A stretch of DNA of 64,000 nt from positions 12,767 to 76,766 of IMG/VR virus record IMGVR_UViG_3300012936_000006; one strand, written 5' to 3'. Below are positions 38,901-47,625 of the stretch, piece after piece (position 1 is the stretch's first letter; each line of letters opens with the position of its first letter). The translations under genes and the position numbers were made by a program. This DNA is from a virus. Under the pieces are notes generated by a model, which was not told the DNA's origin, did not search any database, and saw nothing but the letters and a program-made list of their open reading frames with translations.

Positions 38901-39015
38901 TTGACAAATTTCTGTAAGTGATTATATTATAATTATTGAAGCATAAGCTTCAAGTGTTGCCGAAAAGGAACACAAATTAGTTACAGCATTATTGCTTAAA
39001 TAGGAGGATACTAAA
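38901..39015 (+). promoter_or_regulatory. hsp20 promoter and ROSE-like 5' UTR
   Basis: TTGACA...TATATT; hairpins ttgaagc/gcttcaa and gtgttgcc/ggaacac; UUGCU can pair with the SD AGGA. Confidence 0.5.
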
Positions 39016-39453
39016 ATGAGTAACTTACAACTTTATAGACCATCATTGAGTTCGTCGCTTTTAGGGCGTTCTATTTTTGATGAGATTTTCAACGGGGAAT
39101 TGTTTGACTTTCCAGCAGTTGCGAGAAAGACAACGCAAGGTTATCCCGTGGCAGACATTTTCAACACAGAGGCAGGAACAGTCTTAGAATTTGCTTTGGC
39201 TGGTTTCTCAAGGGATGAACTTTCCATCGACGTTCAGCCTGACAAGTCCAGCCTTACTGTGCGAGCAGAAACTTCTAGTGAGGATAATTCAGAAAGCCGA
39301 CGTATTGCACGCCGTAGTTTTCAGAAGACCTATGTCAATTATGATAACAATCTTGATCTCAGTAGTGTGAGTGCCGAGTTTGTTAATGGGCTTCTTACGA
39401 TTACAATCCCACGGAAAGAAGAACTCTGTCCGGTATCGGTTGAGATTAAATAA
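39016..39453 (+). CDS. Small heat shock protein Hsp20
   Basis: YPVADI, ALAGFSRDELSI, IARRSF, AEFVNGLLTITIP. Confidence 0.92.
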   Translation: MSNLQLYRPSLSSSLLGRSIFDEIFNGELFDFPAVARKTTQGYPVADIFNTEAGTVLEFALAGFSRDELSIDVQPDKSSLTVRAETSSEDNSESRRIARRSFQKTYVNYDNNLDLSSVSAEFVNGLLTITIPRKEELCPVSVEIK

Positions 39454-39487
39454 CGAAGAACAAAACTCCCGTACCTTTTGCACAGTC

Positions 39488-39518
39488 GGGGCTCCCGCAA
39501 TGGGAGCCCCATTTTTTT
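39488..39518 (+). terminator. Intrinsic terminator
   Basis: ggggctccc-gcaat-gggagcccc followed by ATTTTTTT. Confidence 0.9.
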
Positions 39519-39564
39519 ATTTTTTGTATTTTTTCTACTATATAATATTACTAGGAGACATAAC

Positions 39565-40740
39565 ATGGCTGAGGTTAAAAGACTACACGACGAGAAGAAA
39601 GTAAAGATGTTTCGTCATCAAATTGTTTCTTTCTTGGGTGATGTAGGACCGGGCTCAAAAGATTCTCTTACGGTAGAAGGAATGCCTAACCCAATGATAG
39701 GGTGTCTTTGCAAGAGAGTTGTCGGTGTTTTTAAAATGGCATACAATCTATTTAAACACAAAGCTCTGTGGCAAAGTGAGAAAGTATTCAAACCAGTCAT
39801 TGAGGCTGAAATAGTCCATGAAGATGGTAGACCGAAGAAGTTTCATGAGCTTGGGCGAGATCTGGATGGCAACATCGTGTGTAGCGTCTGTGTTTCGGTT
39901 ACGGATCTAGGAAACACTAGATCGATGGCTTTCGTTAATGAAGTTGCAGTAGAAGAGAGACACCACTTTATCGAAGCCCCACACCGCAAGATCCTAAACA
40001 GGGATGCAGAAGTCTCGGCAGAGTTGCCCATGAGGGCATCAGCTTGTATACCGATTGCGTTCAGCCCAGCGTATTATCCAGAACATGACCCTACCTGCTT
40101 GCAAACACCGTTGTCAGATGGAGGTGCTGTATCTAATCTCTCTGCCCAACTATTGAGAGCAAAATATGACGAAGGAGAGGCACCCGTTAGGTTTGTTATA
40201 AGCTGTAATGAGTTTGAGTACAAAAGAGACGCAGCTTATAATCATGGGGCTGCTCCTACCACACCCACTTCTAGCTGGTTTGAATTTTTAAATGCAGTGT
40301 TTGCCGTCATCATTGAGGATGGAATGGCTGACGATGTTGATATATTTTTAAAAGCCAAGGGCGACATGGAGCATATTTTTGTGACAAAGGTCGGAGAGAT
40401 AACAAAATATCCAACCCTAGACTCACCTTTCCTGAAGGAAACACCATCTCAGATTAACTTTTTTGCTCTAGATAGGCACACGTCAACACAAATGTTCGAA
40501 TTTGGGCGGCATCTTGCGACCCACAAACTAATTAATAAGATAAAACCATCAGAGGTTAAGCGTGCCAAAAAGAATGGTGTAACTCTAGCTTTATCAGGTG
40601 GAGGTGCATTGTACCCCGTGTTGTTTGGGGTGGTTTTTGCCATGTGGGAACACTTTGAGGTTAAAGCAATCGCAGGTACCTCCGCAGGTGCCATTACTGC
40701 CAGTTATATGGCTGAGAAGATTGCAAGACAAGAAGACTAG
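39565..40740 (+). CDS. Patatin-like phospholipase, circularly permuted
   Basis: MRASACIP and SDGG lie upstream of ALSGGG and GTSAG, the reverse of the canonical order. Confidence 0.75.
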   Translation: MAEVKRLHDEKKVKMFRHQIVSFLGDVGPGSKDSLTVEGMPNPMIGCLCKRVVGVFKMAYNLFKHKALWQSEKVFKPVIEAEIVHEDGRPKKFHELGRDLDGNIVCSVCVSVTDLGNTRSMAFVNEVAVEERHHFIEAPHRKILNRDAEVSAELPMRASACIPIAFSPAYYPEHDPTCLQTPLSDGGAVSNLSAQLLRAKYDEGEAPVRFVISCNEFEYKRDAAYNHGAAPTTPTSSWFEFLNAVFAVIIEDGMADDVDIFLKAKGDMEHIFVTKVGEITKYPTLDSPFLKETPSQINFFALDRHTSTQMFEFGRHLATHKLINKIKPSEVKRAKKNGVTLALSGGGALYPVLFGVVFAMWEHFEVKAIAGTSAGAITASYMAEKIARQED

Positions 40741-40752
40741 GGGAGATATACT

Positions 40753-41097
40753 ATGTCTGACGAACACAATAGCGAAAATGAGCGTGATGCTCTACAAACA
40801 GAAGAGTCTAACGAAGAATTATTACCAAAACCACCACCAAAGCTTGCAGCCCGAGGGATCAGAGCTTTCACTGTCTGTAGGCAAAGTGATGAAACTGGCG
40901 TATCTGGTGAAGGAGTAGTTATTGAAGGTGTTGTTCTTGCAACGGGTCAGTGTATTGTACATTGGCTTTATCCACCACCAAGGGGCGGCATTGCGATCTT
41001 CGATAGCATGGGTGATTTTGTGAAAGTACACATCCAGCCTCACCCAACTAACAAAACAATTATTACTTATCAAGATGGTGAGCAAATTAATTATTAA
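40753..41097 (+). CDS. Conserved phage hypothetical protein
   Basis: RQSDETGVSGEGVVIEGV...VHW pattern seen in phage proteins. Confidence 0.55.
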   Translation: MSDEHNSENERDALQTEESNEELLPKPPPKLAARGIRAFTVCRQSDETGVSGEGVVIEGVVLATGQCIVHWLYPPPRGGIAIFDSMGDFVKVHIQPHPTNKTIITYQDGEQINY

Positions 41098-41104
41098 AAA
41101 AAGC

Positions 41105-41133
41105 TTGACAAACGAGTCAATATTAGTTATATT
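41105..41133 (+). promoter_or_regulatory. Sigma70 promoter
   Basis: TTGACA-17-TATATT. Confidence 0.7.
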
Positions 41134-41155
41134 ATTAACGTACTGAGGGAGTGGA

Positions 41156-41818
41156 ATGAAAGAAGAACTAGAAACGTGGAGAAAGTTTTTGAAAGAAAAC
41201 GAGGGCGCAACGGGAATGCAAAAATATAAGTTGTTCTGTGATATGGACGGCGTGCTAGTAGACTTCGAAAAGGGAGTCCTTGGCTATATGAACCAACGCA
41301 TGGAGGCTTTAGCCGGTGGTGGCGAGCCTGTGAGCAGAGAAGAATTGAAAGACGCTGCTTTGGCTGTAGAAGCCATGGGCGGTTGGTTCGAGGTCAAGCC
41401 AGAGCACATCAAGCGACCCAGCGAAGGCGGTGTTGCTGAGGTTCGAGACCTGATGTACACGATGGTCGAAAACAACTATGAGGTGTGGGCAAACTTGCCT
41501 TGGATTCCGGGTGGCAAAGAGCTTTGGAATCACATCAAGCAATACAACCCTGAGATCTTGACGGCTCCGATGGGACCAGAGAGTGAGCGGGGGAAAGAAA
41601 CGTGGTGTGCTCGTGAGTTAGGTTCGGATATTCCTGTTAACATCACGGACAATAAGACTCCGTGGGGTCAGGGAGATGGCAAGCGACAAGGTTTGTTAAT
41701 CGACGACCGTGAGAAGTACCGTGCTCAGTTTAAAAAGGGCGGCGGTGAAGTAGTGCCTCATACGCCGGGTGATGCCGGTCCTTCGATTGAGCGATTAAAA
41801 ACGCTCGGCTTTCAATAG
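41156..41818 (+). CDS. HAD-family 5'(3')-deoxyribonucleotidase (NT5C-like) with WRKFL leader
   Basis: FCDMDGVLVDF, ILTAP, GKETW, LIDDR; N-terminus MKEELETWRKFLKE. Confidence 0.8.
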   Translation: MKEELETWRKFLKENEGATGMQKYKLFCDMDGVLVDFEKGVLGYMNQRMEALAGGGEPVSREELKDAALAVEAMGGWFEVKPEHIKRPSEGGVAEVRDLMYTMVENNYEVWANLPWIPGGKELWNHIKQYNPEILTAPMGPESERGKETWCARELGSDIPVNITDNKTPWGQGDGKRQGLLIDDREKYRAQFKKGGGEVVPHTPGDAGPSIERLKTLGFQ

Positions 41819-41850
41819 TCGCCTCTACTTATTATAAGGAGGGTTGAATA

Positions 41851-41919
41851 ATGAGTGAATCAAACAAGTGTAAGTGTTGTCCGTGTTGCAAGTGCGATTG
41901 CGAAAATTGCTGCGAATAA
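41851..41919 (+). CDS. Metallothionein-like 22-aa peptide (not in ORF track)
   Basis: MSESNKCKCCPCCKCDCENCCE with 9 Cys; AAGGAGG RBS; CTACTTA upstream. Confidence 0.6.
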   Translation: MSESNKCKCCPCCKCDCENCCE

Positions 41920-41978
41920 ATTACTAAAAAGTTTCGTTTTCGCTCATTATGCCCTAATTATATTATAAAGAGGGTTGA

Positions 41979-42395
41979 TTGGTGAAATTAGAAAATAATT
42001 TTAGTTTGTCGGAATTTAGATGTAGAGATGGTTCAGATGTTCCAGAAGAACTGATGGACAACGTGCGTCTTTTGGCTGAAAACCTACAGGTCTTGAGAGA
42101 CTATATTGGAAGACCCGTTAAAATAATTTCCGGGTATAGATCGCCAGATTATAATAAAAAGATCGGCGGTGCAAAGCGCAGTCAGCACATGCTTGCAAAA
42201 GCGGCTGATATTAAGATTGAAGGCATGGAGCCTTGGATGGTTCATAAGATAATCGAGCATCTTATCTATGAAGGGCATATGATGAAAGGAGGTCTCGGGA
42301 TATACGAGACATTTGTACATTATGATGTGCGAGGTAGAAACGCCAGATGGAAAGGCAAAGGTGTGAAGGATGATAGACCAGCGACAAAATATTAG
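41979..42395 (+). CDS. Peptidase M15 (D-Ala-D-Ala carboxypeptidase-like)
   Basis: FSLSEFRC, ISGYRS, SQHMLAKAADI, FVHYDVRG. Confidence 0.9.
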   Translation: MVKLENNFSLSEFRCRDGSDVPEELMDNVRLLAENLQVLRDYIGRPVKIISGYRSPDYNKKIGGAKRSQHMLAKAADIKIEGMEPWMVHKIIEHLIYEGHMMKGGLGIYETFVHYDVRGRNARWKGKGVKDDRPATKY

Positions 42396-42397
42396 TT

Positions 42398-42715
42398 ATG
42401 ATAGACTTGACAGACTCAGCAGCAAATAAAATAAAAGAAGTATTAAAAGATACTGAAAATACCGGAGTTCGTGCCGCCATTCAAGGCGGCGGGTGCTCCG
42501 GTTTTACTTATAAACTAACAATGGAAAAAGAGCCAGATCCTGATGACAAGGTTATCGAGATTAAGGGTGTGAAGTTGTTCGTAGATAAGAAGAGCTACTT
42601 ATTCCTCATCGGAACCACTATAGATTTCGTCACCGAGATGATGCAAATGGGTTTTAAATTTATTAATCCGAATGCTAAAAGAACTTGCGGTTGTGGCGAA
42701 AGTTTTGGGATTTAA
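42398..42715 (+). CDS. iscA: A-type Fe-S cluster carrier (IscA/SufA/HesB)
   Basis: GGGCSGF and CGCGESF. Confidence 0.93.
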   Translation: MIDLTDSAANKIKEVLKDTENTGVRAAIQGGGCSGFTYKLTMEKEPDPDDKVIEIKGVKLFVDKKSYLFLIGTTIDFVTEMMQMGFKFINPNAKRTCGCGESFGI

Positions 42716-42763
42716 ACGCTTAAACAGACTATTTATTAAAGATGCCGAAGAGAGGATATTTTT

Positions 42764-43009
42764 ATGCAGAATTTGTTTGAAAATTGGAGAAAGTTTCTCG
42801 AAGAAATTGAAGCAGAAGAACTGCAAGAAAAGTCTAAATCAAAGAATCAGCAAAAATTTATGGGCATGGTCAAGAAGTGTCAAGAAACTGGCGATTGTGC
42901 CTCAGATGAGGTAGAGAAAACAGCCGACAGTATGGAGAAATCTGATGTAGACGACTTTGCCAAAACAAAACACAAAGGATTACCAGATAAAGTAGAGGAT
43001 AAAAAATGA
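42764..43009 (+). CDS. DUF3008-like protein with WRKFL leader
   Basis: MQNLFENWRKFLEE; KSKNQQKFMGMV...DFAKTKHKGLPDKV. Confidence 0.6.
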   Translation: MQNLFENWRKFLEEIEAEELQEKSKSKNQQKFMGMVKKCQETGDCASDEVEKTADSMEKSDVDDFAKTKHKGLPDKVEDKK

Positions 43010-44871
43010 AACTATTAATGGAAAACTGGCGAAACTTTCTCGCAGAAGAAGAAAAGAATTGTGGTTGTGGTCAAGATCCTTGCATCACTTACGGAGTACA
43101 GAACGAAGCCAAAGAAGATGAAGGATATGAGCCCCACATGATGTACAATCCTAAAACTGGCGAAAAGAAAAAAGCCAAGACTAAAGAAGAGCATGAATCA
43201 CTGGGTGCATCAGGTTGGCAGCACGTCAACCCTGATGAGATCCGCAAAGCTTTAGAGGATGAGGGCGGTGCTGCTGACACCGATGCTATCGTAGACAGAA
43301 CAGATGCAAGTGGCAAAGAAGTAAAAAAAGCTATGAAAGACATGCCTGACGTTGCTCAACATGATAAAGGTGACTACATTCTTGGCGATAAAGATAAGAT
43401 AAAAATTGAAGAAGATTGCTGGGATGGTTACGAGAGAGTTCCGGGCTCTAAAGAGGGAGAGCCGGGATCTTGTCGAAAGAAAACAAATGAAGGTGCTGGT
43501 CACGCCGAATCCATTCTTCAAGCACAAAACCAAGGCGTTGCTTTTATTCGTGGTCAAGACGATAAAGCAGCAGGTAAGGAAAAGGATCCTAACTATTCTG
43601 AAGAAAGTGGACGTAATCCTTTAGAAGTTCTTTTTTATAATGCTGGTTATGACAAAGGGATGGATGAAAATTTTTCGTCGAAGACTGAAGCCTCTTTTGG
43701 TGATAAAAGCGCAACAACATTTACGACCCAGCAGATGAATGACGAAGAAGAAACTGCTGCCGAAATAGAAAGTGCTATTGTCTCGCTTGCAAAAGAAAAA
43801 GGTATGAGTGCTGAAGAGCTAAAAGCAGCGATTCTGGGAAATATAAAAAATAAGAAAGGCATTTCCGTTGAGCAAGCAGCAATTGATGAAGCAGAAATCT
43901 GCAAAGCAGGAAAAGATTGGGTCGATGGCAAGGAGATCGGAGGACAAGTTGTTAAACGAGGCGAAGACGGCAAGTTTAATAATTGGTCTGCTCGTGCAGC
44001 ACAGATTGCTTCCAACTATTGCAAAAATCCTAACTACGGTAGAGGGAAGAAGAAAAAGAAGAACGAATCGATGAGTGAGGGCGATCTTGGCGATTGGGAA
44101 AAAGAAAACTGGACACACTCAGACGGCACACCCTGCGGCGGTGGCGACAAGGACGGTTCACAGAGCCGATGCAAGCCAGCTTCCAAGTGGAAAGGCATGA
44201 GCAAGGGTGAGAAAGCAGCCGACAATGCAAAGAAAAAAGCTGGCACAGATGCAGGCAAGCAATATGTTTCAGCTACCAAGAAAGGAAAGGTTACTAAAGC
44301 TCACACAAAAGAAGCCCAAGTTGCCGATATTTTAGCAAGAGTGTTTGAGGGGTGTGGTGAACCTGCTCCTGTAAATTATGATCACGGTCCAGAGGCATCA
44401 ATGCATAGAAGCTCCCTTCACACAATTAAGGGCGAAGTCGAACAGCTTCTATATATGATTGGTGAACAAGATGATTTACCTGAATGGCTAGAAGCAAAGA
44501 TTACGAAAGCAAAAGCATATTTGTCTGCTGCAAAAGATTACTTGTCAGGTGAACAGGCTGAGATGGCAGGCGCACTTGAAGAGCAGCTTGCAGATGCGAT
44601 TGTGGTAGAGTATCTTGAAGAAGATAATATGGACGAAGGCGGCAGATGCACAAAGGCAACTGAGAAAACTACCTCTACTCGCAAGGGCAAGAAGTACATG
44701 AAGTGTATCAAGAATCCAGACGGTGAAGGTTATATTAGAAAACACTGGGGTCAGAAAGGTGCTAGAGCAGCACCAAAGGGATCTAAAAGAAACAAGAGCT
44801 TTAACAAGCGACATAAGTGCTCAACCGCAAAAGCGGGTACAGCAAGAAAATTAGCATGTGATGATTGGTAG
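43006..44871 (+). CDS. Multi-module polyprotein-like protein with WRxFL leader
   Basis: MKLLMENWRNFLAEE, then short modules separated by x-x-E linkers. Confidence 0.6.
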   Translation: MKLLMENWRNFLAEEEKNCGCGQDPCITYGVQNEAKEDEGYEPHMMYNPKTGEKKKAKTKEEHESLGASGWQHVNPDEIRKALEDEGGAADTDAIVDRTDASGKEVKKAMKDMPDVAQHDKGDYILGDKDKIKIEEDCWDGYERVPGSKEGEPGSCRKKTNEGAGHAESILQAQNQGVAFIRGQDDKAAGKEKDPNYSEESGRNPLEVLFYNAGYDKGMDENFSSKTEASFGDKSATTFTTQQMNDEEETAAEIESAIVSLAKEKGMSAEELKAAILGNIKNKKGISVEQAAIDEAEICKAGKDWVDGKEIGGQVVKRGEDGKFNNWSARAAQIASNYCKNPNYGRGKKKKKNESMSEGDLGDWEKENWTHSDGTPCGGGDKDGSQSRCKPASKWKGMSKGEKAADNAKKKAGTDAGKQYVSATKKGKVTKAHTKEAQVADILARVFEGCGEPAPVNYDHGPEASMHRSSLHTIKGEVEQLLYMIGEQDDLPEWLEAKITKAKAYLSAAKDYLSGEQAEMAGALEEQLADAIVVEYLEEDNMDEGGRCTKATEKTTSTRKGKKYMKCIKNPDGEGYIRKHWGQKGARAAPKGSKRNKSFNKRHKCSTAKAGTARKLACDDW

Positions 44872-44883
44872 GAGGAGCCAAAA

Positions 44884-45045
44884 ATGAAAAGTTTATTAAC
44901 ATTATTAACAATTATTATGCTTGCGCTTGCAGGCTGCGGAGATGATTGCACATCTGCACCAGACACTGGTGTTGATGCGGGTGGCACTGATGCAGCTATC
45001 GATGCAGGCGGTGATGCAGGCGACGTTGGCGGCGATAGTCAATGA
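44884..45045 (+). CDS. Small lipoprotein with DAG repeats, 53 aa (not in ORF track)
   Basis: AGGAGG RBS; lipobox LAGC; tail DTGVDAGGTDAAIDAGGDAGD. Confidence 0.7.
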   Translation: MKSLLTLLTIIMLALAGCGDDCTSAPDTGVDAGGTDAAIDAGGDAGDVGGDSQ

Positions 45046-45413
45046 TCAACTGGCTGAGATCACGCAGACCGTGGATGATTGAGAATTCAAAGATTCCAGT
45101 CTTTTTGTCTCACTTTGCGCCAATTAATATTTGGGCAATATCGTTTGGTCCGTTTGTTTGGTGTCGTGGCGTTATGTCGGAGACAACCAAGAGACACGAA
45201 ATTATCCACTATCACCAGCAACTAGAACTAGCTTTCATAGGCCAATGGACCTTATACCTCATTTTTTACCTACGTGGTCTGATTAGAGGCGGTGCTGGTT
45301 CTGGCGAAGAAGCTTATAGGGCTAATGCATTCGAAGTGGAGGCATACACGCATGAGGCAGAAATTGATTACTTAGAGAAGAGACCACTTTATAATTGGAG
45401 AAATTACTTATGA
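45042..45413 (+). CDS. HExxH zincin-like protein
   Basis: RHEIIHYHQQ...AYRANAFEVEAY. Confidence 0.6.
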   Translation: MINWLRSRRPWMIENSKIPVFLSHFAPINIWAISFGPFVWCRGVMSETTKRHEIIHYHQQLELAFIGQWTLYLIFYLRGLIRGGAGSGEEAYRANAFEVEAYTHEAEIDYLEKRPLYNWRNYL

Positions 45414-45655
45414 GATTAAAATCTAGAGCACGACAGATTATCATTGAAGAGATCTTGAGGGAGAATGACGAAAGGGCAGCATCGGGTGCCGAGTCATTAG
45501 GTAGTTCATTGGGTGGACGCCCAGATGTAGCTATGGCTATCGAAGCAGTTCTTAAAGAAAAGGGTCTTCCAAAATCCGCAGCAGCATTGATGAAGGCGTA
45601 TAAGTCTGCACAAGCTGAAATGGATATGGAATATTCTTTACATTACCCGGAATAG
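45410..45655 (+). CDS. Hypothetical protein with RQIIxEE leader
   Basis: MRLKSRARQIIIEEILRE. Confidence 0.5.
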   Translation: MRLKSRARQIIIEEILRENDERAASGAESLGSSLGGRPDVAMAIEAVLKEKGLPKSAAALMKAYKSAQAEMDMEYSLHYPE

Positions 45656-45663
45656 GTGATATA

Positions 45664-45858
45664 TTGTTTGAAGGTGCAAAAAAACATTTGGAAGAGAGAG
45701 GTGAGACATACTTTGAGCATATGCAAGCAGCGGCAAGTTTAGCTTTGATGTTAGCTGTTGTTAGTTTGAAGTGTGTTGTTCACTCGGTGTTTCCAAATTA
45801 TTATAAAACTTGTGTATCAGATAAATTATCAGATATTCAAAAAATGGTAAAGAGGTAA
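45664..45858 (+). CDS. DUF6356-like small protein
   Basis: HLEERGETYFEHM...VHSVFP. Confidence 0.55.
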   Translation: MFEGAKKHLEERGETYFEHMQAAASLALMLAVVSLKCVVHSVFPNYYKTCVSDKLSDIQKMVKR

Positions 45859-45863
45859 TTTCG

Positions 45864-46679
45864 ATGAAACAATTAATGGAAAGCTGGCGAAACTTTATGA
45901 AAGAGCAGAGCCAGATCGAAGAAACTGGTGCCGGTGGTTATCAATACGAAGAGTATGTCATTAATGCACTGAAGACGGCAGGAGCCGTTGGTAATATTAC
46001 CTCCGGTGCGGGGGCTTCAGCAGCAGCGGCTGACGCTGACATTAGAGTAAATGGCAAGGTTTATAATATTGAAGTAAAGATGGACGGCAAAGCCCAGATG
46101 GGCGGCACATCTCTCAGGTACTTTCCGCAGGGTGTGCCATCTGATGACCCTTCAGCACCCGAGGGTAAACTACAGAAGTTTGTCATTGTCTCAAACTCTG
46201 TTGAGCCTGACACTGTTACAATGATGGAAGAGGCTCTGACACCCCTAGAGCAAGATTTAAATAACTTCTTAGAGGCGATTGGTGCAACTAAGATGCCTGC
46301 AACGGTCGAGAAAGATCTTTGGGCGGCAGCGGTAGCAGAGGGTTTGCTTAGACCACTCAACGTAAAACTAAAAAGAACAACCAAGTTTATTATTAACCAC
46401 TACGCTAAAAAAGGTGTAGACTATATACAGATCGGCGGGGCAGGGCTATTTTATTTAGCGAACAATCCAGCAAACTTGCCGGTTCCTCAGCTTGACGGAG
46501 AGATCAATATTGAGCTTAGACCCGGAAGAAGTGGGAGTAAGAAAAGAAAAGACGGCACTGTGGTTGTCGGCGGCTTGATTCGTGTACAGGGTCGATTGCA
46601 GTTTAGGGGTCAGTCACCTTACACACTTGACGATCCTCAAAGCATTGCAGAGATGCTAAAAGAGGCAAACTCGGCATGA
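45864..46679 (+). CDS. PD-(D/E)xK nuclease-like protein with WRxF leader
   Basis: MKQLMESWRNFMKE; YEEYV...ADADI...IEVK; DYIQIGGAGLF. Confidence 0.55.
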   Translation: MKQLMESWRNFMKEQSQIEETGAGGYQYEEYVINALKTAGAVGNITSGAGASAAAADADIRVNGKVYNIEVKMDGKAQMGGTSLRYFPQGVPSDDPSAPEGKLQKFVIVSNSVEPDTVTMMEEALTPLEQDLNNFLEAIGATKMPATVEKDLWAAAVAEGLLRPLNVKLKRTTKFIINHYAKKGVDYIQIGGAGLFYLANNPANLPVPQLDGEINIELRPGRSGSKKRKDGTVVVGGLIRVQGRLQFRGQSPYTLDDPQSIAEMLKEANSA

Positions 46680-46945
46680 AACAGTTAATGGAAAATTGGC
46701 GACGATATAAGCGCATGTCCGAGGTATCTTATGATGGAAACATTGGGTTCGAAGAGACTGTAAGGTTTTATCAATCTGCACCCAAAGAAAAAATAGCTGA
46801 GTTTGAGGCTATGCTGGACAGTGGAGATGAAAAGAGTGCTATGGGTATTATCCTTGATTTTCTTGGCACTTCACTGCAAGGTGACCAATTCCCGCAGATG
46901 AAAGCTGTTGCTGAAGCCATAGAAGTGGAGAGGGACCAAGAATGA
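46676..46945 (+). CDS. Hypothetical protein with WRxY leader
   Basis: MKQLMENWRRYKRMSE. Confidence 0.6.
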   Translation: MKQLMENWRRYKRMSEVSYDGNIGFEETVRFYQSAPKEKIAEFEAMLDSGDEKSAMGIILDFLGTSLQGDQFPQMKAVAEAIEVERDQE

Positions 46946-47625
46946 AACAATTAATGGAAAATTGGCGCAAGTTTCTAAACGAGGGAATAGACTCCCGCAT
47001 TCAGAAACAGATTGATATGGTGATTCAGCTTCCCGACGTAGGCATTACCATCTCTCGGGGTGGTTTCGGCAGGAGTATTAGATATGTTCTCATCGAAGAC
47101 GCTGAAACTCAGCAATACTCCGAACTAACTTATAATGATGCACTCGGTGACAAGAAAGATTATCCTCACGGAGAAGTTGATATTATGAAAACGTCTGAAG
47201 ATTCCGAAGGACCATGTTTGGATGGCTGGACCGTCACGGCTGCTGAAGCTAGAAAGGGGTGGGGTCCACTTCTTTATGAGGTGGCGATTGAATATGCTTC
47301 ACAGAATGGTGGAGGTCTCACGCCAGACAGGTTCTCAGTATCACGACACGCAATGGCTGTGTGGGACAAGTATGCCACCCGAGATGGTGTTGATGCTCAG
47401 CAGATGGACACCAATCATGACCCCAGCGCAATGGGCGCAAGGGTGAATACAACAGTTCCGCAGTTGACGCCCGATGACAAGTCAGATGACTGTGATCAGT
47501 CGAGAGCTATTTCTAAAGACGGAGAAAACTGGCACAAGAACTCAACGACGAAAATGTATAAGAAAGACAATCCAGAAGTAATGCAGGCACTTAAATCTGC
47601 GGGGAGGCTAATTATAGCGGTATGA
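46942..47625 (+). CDS. GNAT-like acetyltransferase with WRKFL leader
   Basis: MKQLMENWRKFLNE; ARKGWGPLLYEVA (acetyl-CoA motif A); VSRHAMAVW. Confidence 0.55.
   Translation: MKQLMENWRKFLNEGIDSRIQKQIDMVIQLPDVGITISRGGFGRSIRYVLIEDAETQQYSELTYNDALGDKKDYPHGEVDIMKTSEDSEGPCLDGWTVTAAEARKGWGPLLYEVAIEYASQNGGGLTPDRFSVSRHAMAVWDKYATRDGVDAQQMDTNHDPSAMGARVNTTVPQLTPDDKSDDCDQSRAISKDGENWHKNSTTKMYKKDNPEVMQALKSAGRLIIAV

Noticed and set aside
39478-39564. N-terminal TM extension on the patatin ORF
   Set aside because: It is the translated terminator and T-tract; the real start is the ATG at 39565 after AGGAGA.
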